64,000 bases of DNA, from assembly GCA_965223265.1 (NCBI GenBank), contig OZ244999.1, positions 4,416,001-4,480,000 of the forward strand, written 5' to 3'. A program made the translations under genes and the position numbers. Shown here in pieces: positions 1-10,300 of this stretch; position 1 is the stretch's first letter, and the number at the start of each line of letters is the position of its first letter. This DNA comes from Planctomycetota bacterium. GTDB taxonomy: Bacteria > Planctomycetota > UBA8108 > SXIK01. Under the pieces are notes generated by a model, which was not told the DNA's origin, made no database searches, and saw nothing but the letters and a program-made list of their open reading frames with translations.

Positions 1-1402
1 CGAACGACCCGACGAGGAGATCTCCCGCCTGCATGTTCGGAAGGCGCTCGTATGTCGCGGCGGGAGTGGCGTGAAACGATCCACGCACCACACCTGGCTC
101 TGCGAGGTTCGGCGCGTAGCTCGACCACATCTCCAGCAGCTCCGATGCGTGCGCACCTGCAACCTCCGACCATGTGGTGGATTCCCCCGAGAGGTCGAAT
201 GGCACCTTCTCCCACAAAAACGCCGTGTGCTTCCCCGGCGGCGCTTGCCCGCCATCAAAGCGAGTCGGTGTCGCTCCCCACGCAACTCTCATCGGAGGCC
301 GCCGTCGCCCCTCGTGCGCGCGGACGATGGCGTCAAACTGTTCCAGGCTCTCGAGACCAAGAATCGTCATGAACGCATCATCAATCTCCGGCCGCCGCTC
401 CACTGCGCGGTAGCGAGGCCGCTCATTGAGCGCGAGGTAAAGCCCAAAAAGCGGTGCGAGGACGTTGTAGCGAAACCCGCGCGCCTTCTCCTGAAGGCGG
501 CGTGAGATCTCCGAAGTCGGCAATAAATCGACGAACGTCTGCTGCGGATTCAACCCGGAGGCGACAAACGCGTTGGCTCCGATCGTCTCGCCGCCGGCTA
601 ACTCGACGCCGACTGCTCGCTCGCCCTGCAGCAGAATCCGTTCGATCGTGACGTCGCAGCGAATCGCGCTACCGTGCGCCTCGATGGCGGCAACGAGCCC
701 CTGCGCGAGGGCGTGAGAGCCGCCAACACACATCTGTGCCTTGTGCGGTGACGCCAACAGCGACGGAATCGAGTGGCCGAAACCCTTGAGACGTAAGTCG
801 ACCTCTCGCAGGCCATTGAAAAATAGGAGGCCCGCTCGAACGACATCGTTTTCGAATTCGCGCATGACGAATTCGAGCGGCGACCAGGCGCTAACCTCGA
901 GCAAACGCCGACCCGCCGGCGTCGAGCTGAGGCGTGCCTGCCTCACCTCGGGTGGTAGCGGCGGCGCCTCTGACTCGGGCACGACGAGCTCGTCGACGAT
1001 GGGTGCGAACTCGTCAATCCATTGCCGCAGCTTCCGCGCGTCGCGGCGTGAAAACTCAGCAAAGGAGGCTGCGGTTTTTTCGTTGTCGGTCCACCACTCG
1101 AGCGTGCGCCCGTCACGAAGAATCATCGCTACGTTGAGCTCAGGCTCAACGTAGCGGACACCGTAGTGCTCGAGTTCTAGATCACGAAACCACGGCTTCG
1201 AGGTGAGCGCACGATGAAAGAACGAATGAACGTTGTGGCGAAACCCCTCCAGACCGGGATGGGAATCCGTTGCCAATCCGCCGCCGAACTCCGCTGCGCG
1301 CTCGAGGACGAGGCAGCGGAGCCCGGCACGCGCCAAATAGGCTGCCAGCACGAGCGTGTTGTGCCCACTTCCAAGCAGCAGTCCGTCATAGGTGGTGTCC
1401 AT
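1..1402 (-). CDS. FAD/NAD(P)-dependent oxidoreductase, phytoene dehydrogenase (CrtI/PYROXD2)-like; 3' end runs off the window
   Basis: Absent from the ORF track because it has no stop in the window. Manual translation from ATG at 1402 gives MDTTYDGLLLGSGHNTLVLAAYLARAGLRCLVLER...GGG (dinucleotide-binding motif). The same frame near the left edge gives PGKHTAFLW and PNMQAGDLLVG, typical of this family. Confidence 0.8.
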   Translation of the reverse strand, partial: MDTTYDGLLLGSGHNTLVLAAYLARAGLRCLVLERAAEFGGGLATDSHPGLEGFRHNVHSFFHRALTSKPWFRDLELEHYGVRYVEPELNVAMILRDGRTLEWWTDNEKTAASFAEFSRRDARKLRQWIDEFAPIVDELVVPESEAPPLPPEVRQARLSSTPAGRRLLEVSAWSPLEFVMREFENDVVRAGLLFFNGLREVDLRLKGFGHSIPSLLASPHKAQMCVGGSHALAQGLVAAIEAHGSAIRCDVTIERILLQGERAVGVELAGGETIGANAFVASGLNPQQTFVDLLPTSEISRRLQEKARGFRYNVLAPLFGLYLALNERPRYRAVERRPEIDDAFMTILGLESLEQFDAIVRAHEGRRRPPMRVAWGATPTRFDGGQAPPGKHTAFLWEKVPFDLSGESTTWSEVAGAHASELLEMWSSYAPNLAEPGVVRGSFHATPAATYERLPNMQAGDLLVGSF

Positions 1403-1514
1403 CAGCAGCTACGCGGGATGAGGAGGAGACGGAGCGATACAAGTCCTCGGCAGGCTCGCCGATGCTTGCGAGCACCTTCATGCCGCCGCTGGAGGATCAC
1501 TCTGGGATAGGCCA

Positions 1515-4500
1515 TCAGCCTGTGGTCAGGCAACTGATTTCATGCAGGCGTGCCCCTGTGCAAATATCGAGGGCCAACTCGGCCATCGCAGGATGGCACG
1601 TGAAGAACAGGATCTGGTGGTCGCGTGCGAAGCGATCGAACGCCTCGAGCATGCCCCGAGCGCGCCCGGGATCAAAATTGACGAAGACGTCGTCAAGGAT
1701 AAGCGGCAAATGAACGCTCCGGGAGGAGTATTCCGCAACCAATCCGAGTCGAAGAGCAAGATAGAGCTGCTCGGCTGTGCCGCGACTGAGCTCGCTGGTC
1801 CGTTTGCGCTTACCATCGACGTCGACGAGGATGATGTCTTGTCCATCCGTCGCCTGTAGCACGCGGGTGTATCGCCCGTCGGTTGCTAGGCGGAGGATTT
1901 CCGACGCTGCCGCGAACACGTGCGGCTGTCGCTTGAGTTCGTATTCACGCATGGTGCGCGCGATTAAGGCTCGAGCCAGCGACGCCGTCTCGAAACGTCG
2001 AGTCGCTTGCTTCAACTCGTTCTCCAACCCGGCACGTCGCGTTCGGAGCGTATCCAAATCGGCGGACTGTTCCAGCTCTCGTCTCGCCGCTTCACTGTCC
2101 CGTGCGGCTCGGATGGCGTCGTCTCGCGATCGCTCGACAGACTCGAGTGCTAAGTCGATGCGTTCCGCTTCCGCCTTCCACCGTTCAAGGTCGCCGCACG
2201 GTAAATCACGCCGTACGACCGCAGCTGCCTCGCCGCATCCGAGTCTGCTCTCAAGCTGCCGCTCACAACCCTGAATCACCCGCTCAAGTTCTCGGCGTCT
2301 CTTGGCGCGGCGTAAACTCTCGCGCAATTCCACTTCATTGGTTGCACCGACTTCATCAAACAGCGCCGAGAGTTCCTGCCGCGTGCGTCGGCGCTCCTCT
2401 TCAACTGACTGCAGACGTGCCTGTCGACGACCGATCTCGGTTGCTAGCGCCTCCAGTCGCGCGCGGCGTTGATCGTCGGCCTCGAGTCGGTCCATAAACT
2501 CAAAAAGAAGGGTGACCGGGTCAGAGTTCCCAGACGCCATCTCAGCCTGTCGCCCGCTCTGATCAGGAGAGCTCGAAGTACTTGGCGCAGGGCCGGACGC
2601 CACATCGACGACCCCGCAGCTCTCAGATGCGTCGGCCAGAAGCGCGGCGACGCCGTGACGCCAATCGCTCACCAGCTTCTCTAGTCGCACAGCTTGCGCA
2701 CGCTCTTCGGCTTTTCGCGTCCATAGCAGCCTCAATCGATCGAGCTCGGTAAAAAAGTCCTGCGCCGCTTCCAGCTCAAGGGTCTCTGGCATCCCATTTC
2801 GACGCTGCCACTCATCCCATGCGGCACGGTTCACGGTCTCACGTCGCTCCATCTCGTAGCACCGCTCCCTGATCACTTCGACCTCGCTGCGAATCGATTC
2901 AAGCTCGAGCTCAACAACCTCAAGCCGTTCACGGCATTCTTCCGCTGCGACAACAGCGCCATGAGCGTGTTGCAGACAACGTGCCATCCCGTCGAGATCT
3001 TGTTCTTCCGGCTCGGAGGAGAGGCCCAGCCGAGTGGCGCACTCGCTGACCTTTTCATGCAGTGCCTCTTGGCAAGCCCGACTCTCCTCGAGCACGGCTG
3101 CGAAGTTCTTGCGTTCACGCTTGCGGCGGCGCAGAAGGACTCCTGCGCAGACTGCCGCAAGAAGCATCACGAGCACGCCACCAACGATCATCGCGACGCC
3201 ACCACGTGTCACGGCGAGTTCAGGGCTGACAAACCAAAACGCAACGACGAGCGAGAAGGCCGTGCCGAGGGCTAGCGCCGCTAACGCGGCGACAAGGATC
3301 ACATCGCTCGGCACTGTGACACCCGACGACGCCGCCAGTGGTGATTCGTTCTTTACGGGTTCGCCCGTAGGGGACTCGACCTCCGCGCTCCCGGGGGCCG
3401 CTCCAAAGCTCGTCGCACTCCCACCGCGCGTGAGGAAAGCATATTTCGCCCGCTCGATTTTCAGCTCGTGCCACGCCCCCTGCAGGCGACCAAGAAGCTC
3501 CTCCTGCTCTGAAATCTCCTCTGGCGACGGTGCTTCGACCAGTCGGCGCTGCAAACGAGTGGCCTCAGTCTGAAGGCGTCTCTCTTCACGTTCCGGCGCC
3601 TGAAGCGCCGCCTCCAGCTCGGCTCGCTGCGTGCGACAAGTCTTAGCGGCGGCCTGAAGCGCCGCCAGCTCGTCGCGGGCCGGAGTCTCGCCGGTGTCCA
3701 AAAAGTGCCGAAACGCCTCCGACCAGTTTCCCGTCGCCTCCATCCCGCTCTCAAGAGCAGACGTCGCCGCCCGAAGCCGTTGCCGCGTCGCACTCAGCTC
3801 CTCGGTGCGTTGGCGAAACGAGCCGACGTCGGCGTACAGCTCGTTCGCGCGCACGCGCCACCGAGCCGCCTCAGGCAAGACACCTGCCTCCAGCCGCAGA
3901 CGCGAAGCGTCGTCTGTCTTCAACTCAGCCCGTAGCGTAGCGATCTGTGCCTTGAGCGACTCAGCATGCCCGGTGAGTGCGCTCAGCCGGCGCTCAACGT
4001 CGTCGTGGTCCAAAACTGTCTCAGGAAGCTCCTGCATCTCGACGCGAGCGGCGTTCGCCTCACACCAAAGTGGCCAGAGATCGATGAGCGCCTCGAATCG
4101 AGAACGCTCCGATCGCAGCCCCTCAGCCTCAGCGCGCAGCCCATGCACGCTCGCCTCATGGCGTGCCTGCGCGTCGACGAGATCGCCGTAGTTTTCCATG
4201 GCGGCGCGCGCACGCTGTTCTTCGCCGCGGCACGCAGCGTATTCGGTGGCGAGCTGGGAGAGCCGTCCGCTGGCGCCTCTCTGTTTCAGCAGCGAAGAGA
4301 TTTCCTCATCCAGCTGCCGCCGCACCTGGCGAACGGCTCTACCCGCTCCTGCCATGCCGGCTGAAAAAATTCGATCTTTGACTCCTTGCTTCGAAAGCGA
4401 TGCGAAATCCTGAAGCTCCGTGAGGCTGAACGCGAAGACCGACTTGAAGAGCGCGCGATCCATCCCCCCGACAAGCTGGGAGAGCTCGGCCTCACCCGCC

Positions 4501-4808
4501 TCACGGCCATCGTCGTACTGCAAAAACGCTTGCCGCTTGCCGCGGGCGCTGCGCTCGATCGTCAGCCCTTTGCCGTTCACCTCGACGAGGAGTCGTCCTC
4601 CGTGTTCGCCACCGCGAAGCGGAGGATAAAGGCGCTCACTACTGCGCCCATCAGGAAAGCCGAAGAGCACCCCACGAAGAAACGCCAGAAGCGTGCTCTT
4701 ACCAGCTTCATTCGGCCCGAGAAAGACCGTCATTGCAGTGTCGAGTCCGTCGACGTGTTCGTCGCAAAAGAGACCGAACCCATCGATATGCCAGCCGCGG
4801 AGAATCAT
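1515..4808 (-). CDS. YhaN-like SMC/Rad50-type ATPase (AAA_27 family) with long coiled coils and a central two-TM hairpin
   Basis: Walker A GPNEAGKST at the N-terminus; C-terminal LSRGT signature, LILDD Walker B, VNFD D-loop and FTCH H-loop; two hydrophobic helices mid-protein; ATGA overlap with the upstream nuclease gene. Confidence 0.85.
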   Translation of the reverse strand: MILRGWHIDGFGLFCDEHVDGLDTAMTVFLGPNEAGKSTLLAFLRGVLFGFPDGRSSERLYPPLRGGEHGGRLLVEVNGKGLTIERSARGKRQAFLQYDDGREAGEAELSQLVGGMDRALFKSVFAFSLTELQDFASLSKQGVKDRIFSAGMAGAGRAVRQVRRQLDEEISSLLKQRGASGRLSQLATEYAACRGEEQRARAAMENYGDLVDAQARHEASVHGLRAEAEGLRSERSRFEALIDLWPLWCEANAARVEMQELPETVLDHDDVERRLSALTGHAESLKAQIATLRAELKTDDASRLRLEAGVLPEAARWRVRANELYADVGSFRQRTEELSATRQRLRAATSALESGMEATGNWSEAFRHFLDTGETPARDELAALQAAAKTCRTQRAELEAALQAPEREERRLQTEATRLQRRLVEAPSPEEISEQEELLGRLQGAWHELKIERAKYAFLTRGGSATSFGAAPGSAEVESPTGEPVKNESPLAASSGVTVPSDVILVAALAALALGTAFSLVVAFWFVSPELAVTRGGVAMIVGGVLVMLLAAVCAGVLLRRRKRERKNFAAVLEESRACQEALHEKVSECATRLGLSSEPEEQDLDGMARCLQHAHGAVVAAEECRERLEVVELELESIRSEVEVIRERCYEMERRETVNRAAWDEWQRRNGMPETLELEAAQDFFTELDRLRLLWTRKAEERAQAVRLEKLVSDWRHGVAALLADASESCGVVDVASGPAPSTSSSPDQSGRQAEMASGNSDPVTLLFEFMDRLEADDQRRARLEALATEIGRRQARLQSVEEERRRTRQELSALFDEVGATNEVELRESLRRAKRRRELERVIQGCERQLESRLGCGEAAAVVRRDLPCGDLERWKAEAERIDLALESVERSRDDAIRAARDSEAARRELEQSADLDTLRTRRAGLENELKQATRRFETASLARALIARTMREYELKRQPHVFAAASEILRLATDGRYTRVLQATDGQDIILVDVDGKRKRTSELSRGTAEQLYLALRLGLVAEYSSRSVHLPLILDDVFVNFDPGRARGMLEAFDRFARDHQILFFTCHPAMAELALDICTGARLHEISCLTTG

Positions 4809-6079
4809 TCGTCGTCGAGTGTCTCCTTGAGTCGATCGATGGCCTCCTCGGCAGCCACGCGCACGAGCGTTTCTGCTGCTTCACCGTGCCTCTCAGCGGA
4901 CCACTGTGAGAGAGCGCGCCGCGCTAGAAGCGCCGTCGACTCGTCCATGAACGTCTCAAGATCTGGCGGTGCCTCGCACAACTCATTCGTAAGCCGAAGT
5001 AACTGCGACAGAAAATCGTCACGGCGCAGTAGCTCGGCGTCGTCCAAACGGCGTCCGGTCAGGGCTTTGACGCTCTCCCACCACAGAAGAGGCTGCTGCG
5101 ATTCACACTCAGCGCGCAGCTCTGTGAGCAGGCCTTCAAGCACACCAACTCGCTTCAGGTCACGATGCAGCGGCCCGCGCCCGTAGAGCACGCAACGCAC
5201 AACGAGTCCTCTGCCGTCTTCCTCCGACTGGCGCTGGCAGGCAGCGGCGTACAATTCGTCGCGGAGCTCGCGAATGTCGTTGACGCCCTCGATCGGTACG
5301 TTCAACTCGACAAACCGCAAGACGTCGAGCGCCTCGAAGGAGACTCGAGCGACTCTATCGTCTTCGACTTCGACGACGACCGCCCCCTTCGCACCAAGCT
5401 CACTCGGCTTGGGGGACCGGCCTTGGAGTGCTCCGGGGTAGATGATCCAAGGATCCCCTTTGCTGACTTGCGTGTACTGGTGGATATGTCCAAGAGCCCA
5501 GTAATCATACCCGGTGGCTGCAAGATCGGAGACCTCGCAAGGGCTGTACGGCTCGTGTCCGTCGCCGCTACCGACGCTGCAGTGCAGCACCCCTATGGAT
5601 AGACCTGGCTCGCCTCGGAGCTGGAATCGCCGCGCCAAGTTCTCGCGCACCGCGGCGGCACCGAAACTGATTCCACAGACGCTCGCGAGACGCACGCCGT
5701 CCTTCACGACTGGGACGCACTCGACGTGCGAGGCACCGAATGTATGCACGCTCTCTGGCCACCGACATGTTCCCCTTCGGCCATCGAGCGGATCATGGTT
5801 GCCGTGCGCGATCAACGTTTGAACTCCCGCTCGATCGAGACGCTCAAGCCCGCGGGCAAACCTCAATTGCGCTCGTATGCTCGCCTCTGTGCTGTCGAAC
5901 ACGTCGCCCGCAATGACCAAAAATGCTGCCTCACGCTGAAGCGTGAACGCCACCAGCGCGTCGAAAGCAGCAAGCGATGCATCGCGCAGCTCTGCCGCCA
6001 CTCGTGGCGAGCTCCTCGCCACGCCCGTAAACGGACTGCCAAGGTGGAAGTCTGCTGCATGCACAAACGAGAATCGCAT
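4805..6079 (-). CDS. YhaO/SbcD/Mre11-like metallophosphoesterase DNA nuclease
   Basis: Motifs ADFHLG, AGDVFD, GNHD and LGHIH. Start reassigned to ATG 6079 (MRFSFVHAAD), which has a GGAG SD upstream. Confidence 0.88.
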   Translation of the reverse strand: MRFSFVHAADFHLGSPFTGVARSSPRVAAELRDASLAAFDALVAFTLQREAAFLVIAGDVFDSTEASIRAQLRFARGLERLDRAGVQTLIAHGNHDPLDGRRGTCRWPESVHTFGASHVECVPVVKDGVRLASVCGISFGAAAVRENLARRFQLRGEPGLSIGVLHCSVGSGDGHEPYSPCEVSDLAATGYDYWALGHIHQYTQVSKGDPWIIYPGALQGRSPKPSELGAKGAVVVEVEDDRVARVSFEALDVLRFVELNVPIEGVNDIRELRDELYAAACQRQSEEDGRGLVVRCVLYGRGPLHRDLKRVGVLEGLLTELRAECESQQPLLWWESVKALTGRRLDDAELLRRDDFLSQLLRLTNELCEAPPDLETFMDESTALLARRALSQWSAERHGEAAETLVRVAAEEAIDRLKETLDDE

Positions 6080-6304
6080 TCTTCTCCACTCCCTTCGCAC
6101 GCCAATAACGCGCGGTGTCGGCAAGGACGCTCTCTCGCATCCTCTTGTCGATCGCTCAGTCACCGTCGCAAGGGTGCCTACCGCGATGCGCAAGTCGACG
6201 ATGTGCGTCGGGTCGAGTCGCGAGGCGCGGCACCGCCAGTGTCGCGCCTCGCGCGCGGCAGCGCAAGGGGCAAACCACACACTCCGCGCCGGCCCAGGAC
6301 GTCG

Positions 6305-7087
6305 TCACAGTCGCGAGCGAGTTCGTATCAAGTCTATGGCCGTCTCGTGCACGACGCTATCCGCAGGCGTCGTCTGTGCGATGATCTGGAGCTCCGCGAC
6401 GGGTGGCAGAGATGCTGGCCCAAGCTCCTCCAGAAGCTGTAGCGACAACGTTCGACTGAGGAGATCCAAGTCTTGCCGCAGGACGCATTCCCGCAGAACT
6501 GCCCGCGCTCGCTCGGGGTCAATGCGAGCCAGTGCGGCGAGAGCTCGGTGACGAACGAGATGGAATGCGTCGGCCCGAATCGCTCGTTCGACACCCGCGG
6601 ACGACGACCTGGCTGCGGCCCCGATCTCGCCGAGTGTCCCGGCCGCCCAGTACCGCGTCGCCGGATCGCCTGAAATCAACGCCTCGGAGAGCGCATCGAC
6701 AGCGGCATCACCGTACGCAGTCAATTCTCGCGACGCCGACGGCGCAGTGTCACGCCGAAAACGATCAATCAAGTAGGGAATGGCCCGCCGCGAACGTCGC
6801 TCGGCGAGTGAATCCACCACAGCCTCGCGATGATCACCGACCGGGATACACAACAGCATGGCATCGACTCCACCCCGGCAGAGAGCGAGTGCTCGGCCAC
6901 TACTGAGTAAAAGCGCGCCGAGAAGGCTCGCGGAGATGAGGAACACACCGGCGACTAGGAGTGTCGCTGGTCGCAGCGAACGCACTCGCGCCGACGCCGG
7001 GCTGCTATTGTGTGGATCAATCAACGTCGCCCCCCGCTTCAAGAGGAGAGCGCTATCGGCTACCCGGCGAACGAGCCTGAAAGTCAC
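6305..7087 (-). CDS. HEAT-repeat membrane-anchored protein (start uncertain)
   Basis: N-terminal hydrophobic segment followed by HEAT-like repeats (AVDALSEAL...DPATRYWAAGTLGEIG; VRHRALAALARID). Confidence 0.6.
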   Translation of the reverse strand: MTFRLVRRVADSALLLKRGATLIDPHNSSPASARVRSLRPATLLVAGVFLISASLLGALLLSSGRALALCRGGVDAMLLCIPVGDHREAVVDSLAERRSRRAIPYLIDRFRRDTAPSASRELTAYGDAAVDALSEALISGDPATRYWAAGTLGEIGAAARSSSAGVERAIRADAFHLVRHRALAALARIDPERARAVLRECVLRQDLDLLSRTLSLQLLEELGPASLPPVAELQIIAQTTPADSVVHETAIDLIRTRSRL

Positions 7088-7325
7088 CGGAAGCTCACCG
7101 TGATGTCTTCAGGTGGCTCGAACAAAACGAGCGGTTAGGCGTGGCACGGATTTAGGGATTTAGGCAGCGCCCTCCACACTGTCCTCGGCGTAGAGGCACG
7201 CATGGGCGCAGCGGAGACTGACGGATGGCGTTTTCGGCCCCGGTGCCGACAGGAATGGCGGAATCGGAGTGAGCGCCGGTCGAACGAACCATCGAGAGCT
7301 TTTCTTGAGCAGCAATTCACGCCAC

Positions 7326-10300
7326 TCAGTTGCTGAACGTGATGAAGTTATCACTCATCGACAGATGCTGCGCCGCAATCCAGGCAGCCGAGCGCGTCAC
7401 ACCTGAGATGCGCACTTCGTCGAGAAGGCCGAGGAAATATGCCGTAGAGCCTGCGACTCGGCCGATATTGAGCGGCTGAGGGTTGGCGACGAGCGGCGAC
7501 AGCGTCGAGTCTGCTGTCACGTCCACTCCATCGAGATAGACACGGCCCGTGCCGCCGTCGACTGACGTAGCAACGTAGTACCAAGTGTCCGATGAGAGGG
7601 TCAGGCCAGTGGCGCGAAGGTAGTTCGTTCCGCTGCCGAGCGACGTGACACGGCCTGAGCTCTGATGCACTTCAAGGTTGTAACCAAATGAATCGTTCCA
7701 GACGTTCTTCTTCGAGACGATCCGCGGCGGATGCCCGGACTGCCCCGCCGCCAAACTGAACCAAGCCTCGATCGACAGCTGACCGGTGACCTCCAAACTG
7801 GGGCTCGTGCCGGCGTCAATAAAGTCGTCGACGCCGTCGAAGGAGCGAGCTGCACCGATCTGACCTGCCCCGGCGGTGCTGCCGCTGTTGACGCCATCGT
7901 TAATGTTCGCCGTCGAGTCTTGCAGGTCGGAGTTGAGATGCCAGACGGCATTGTAGCCTGCCGTCCAAACGCCGGCGGCGTCCTGGCCATCCGGTGCAAC
8001 AGGATTATCATAGTAGAGCATGATGTAATCCACGCTCGAAACTGCGTCGATTTGGGGTACTCTCACCCATACGTAGGACGTCCCGGTTGGATCCCATGTG
8101 TCGATTTCGTGTGACAACACAGTGGTCCCGTCGTCATCGATGAAGCGAAGATCTTCACCAGCGGCCTGGATTGCGGCGTAGTCGAGCTTCGTCGCATCCA
8201 GCGTCACCAGAACCGGGAAGTCCACCAGGTTCTCCGCCTGCGCCGCGTTGTTGAACGTCAACTGACGGCGCTGACCCCACGACGCATCCCACCAGCCAAT
8301 GTTGCTCACCGTGATCGTCGTCGTCGCGCTGTCTGTGTCGCCGTCGTCGTCCGTCACCGTCAACGTCGCAAGGTACGTCCCCGCAGAGGCATACTCGTGC
8401 GTCGTCGTCACACCTGTGTCACCTTGAGTGTCGCCAAAGTCCCATGAGTACGACACAATCGTGCCGTCCGTGTCGCTCGAGCCAGAAGCGTCAAAGCTCA
8501 CCAAAAGCGGCTCCAGACCCGACTCCGGAGTCGCTGTGAACGACGCCGTCGGAGGATCGTTCGGCACAGGAAGAACCGTCAGCACAGCATCCGCGCTCGT
8601 CACGCTCCCAAAAGCGTTACTCACCTCGACGCTGTAAAATCCCCCGTCATCCGCGAGCGTCAACACCGGCGTCGTGTATGAGCTGCTGGTCGCACCGGCG
8701 ATCGGTACACTGTTCAAAAGCCACTGATACGACAGCGGCGCTGTTCCGCTCGCCACCACGTCGAACGTCGCGGTCTCCCCTTCGAAAACCGACTGACTCT
8801 GCGGGTCCTGCGTGATGCTCGGCGGCGACGGCGCCGCGTCCACCGTGATCGACACCGCGGCCGACGTCTCGCTCACACCACCGTCGTTCGTCGCCACGGC
8901 CGTCAGGCTGTGCGTCCCTACAGGAACACCATTCCAGACGTACTCGTACGGGGCCGTTGTGTCGCTGCCAAGAAGGCCACCATCGGCATAAAAGTCCACC
9001 TGGTCCACTGTGCCTTCAGGGTCCGAAGCCGTCGCTTCGATCGTCACATTCACTGGCTCAACGTACGACGTACCATCCGCCGGTGACGTGATGCTCACCG
9101 TCGGCGGTGGACGACCGCCGCCCTCCCCGACGCCGTACGTCAGCATCCCGTCGCTCATCGACTGGTGCTGCGCCGCAATCCACGCCGCCGAGCGCGTCAC
9201 GCTCGAGATCCGCACTTCGTCGAGAACCCCCAGAAAGTACGCCGTCGAGCCGGCCACCCGGCCGATGTTTAGTGGCTGGGGATTCGCCACCAGCGACGAC
9301 ATCGTCGAGTCCGTCGTCACGTCCACGCCATCGAGGTACACCTGGCCCGATGTGCCGCTCGCTGACGTCGCTACGTAGTGCCACGTGTCCGTGCCAAGCA
9401 CCACCCCGCTGGCGCGCAGCGAGTCCGAGCCGCTGCCCAGGGACGTGATGCGTCCTGAGCTCTGCTGCACCTCGAGGTTGTAACCGAACGGGTCGTTCCA
9501 GACGTTCTTCTTCGAAACGATCCGCGGCGGATGGCCTGATTGACCCGGCGCCAGGCGGATCCATGCCTCGATCGACAGCTGGCCTGTGATCTCAAGGCTG
9601 GCGCTCGTCCCCGCGTCGATGAAGTCGTCCACTCCATCAAACGTGCGGGCGCCGCCGATGCGTCCGGCGCCGGGCGCGGTGCCGTTGTCGACACCGTCGT
9701 TGGCGTTCGACGTCGAGTCCTGTGTGCCATCGAGGTGCCACACGCCTGCGTAACCGGCACTCCACACCCCCGCGGCGTCCTGGCCGTCAGGCGCCGAACC
9801 GTTGTCGTAGTAGAGCATCATGTAGTCAGTCGTCGAGCTCGCGTCGATCTGCGGCACCTTCACCCACACGTGCGACGTGCCCGCCGGGTCCCACGACTCG
9901 ATCTCGTGCGACAGCACCGTGAAGCTATCCGCGTCAATAAACCGCAGGTCTTCACCTTGCGCTTGCGTCAGCGAATAGTCGATCCGCGTCGCATCCAGCG
10001 TCACCAGCACCGGGAAGTCCACCAAGTTCTCCGCCTGCGCAGCGTTGTTGAACGTCAACTGACGGCGCTGACCCCACGACGCATCCCACCAGCCTATGTT
10101 GCTCACCGTGATCGTCGTCGTCGTGCTGTCTGTGTCGCCGTCGTCGTCCGTCACCGTCAACGTCGCAAGGTACGTCCCCGCAGAGGCATACTCGTGCGTC
10201 GTCGTCACACCTGTGTCACCTTGAGTGTCGCCAAAGTCCCATGAGTACGACACAATCGTGCCGTCCGTGTCGCTCGAGCCAGAAGCGTCAAAGCTCACCA

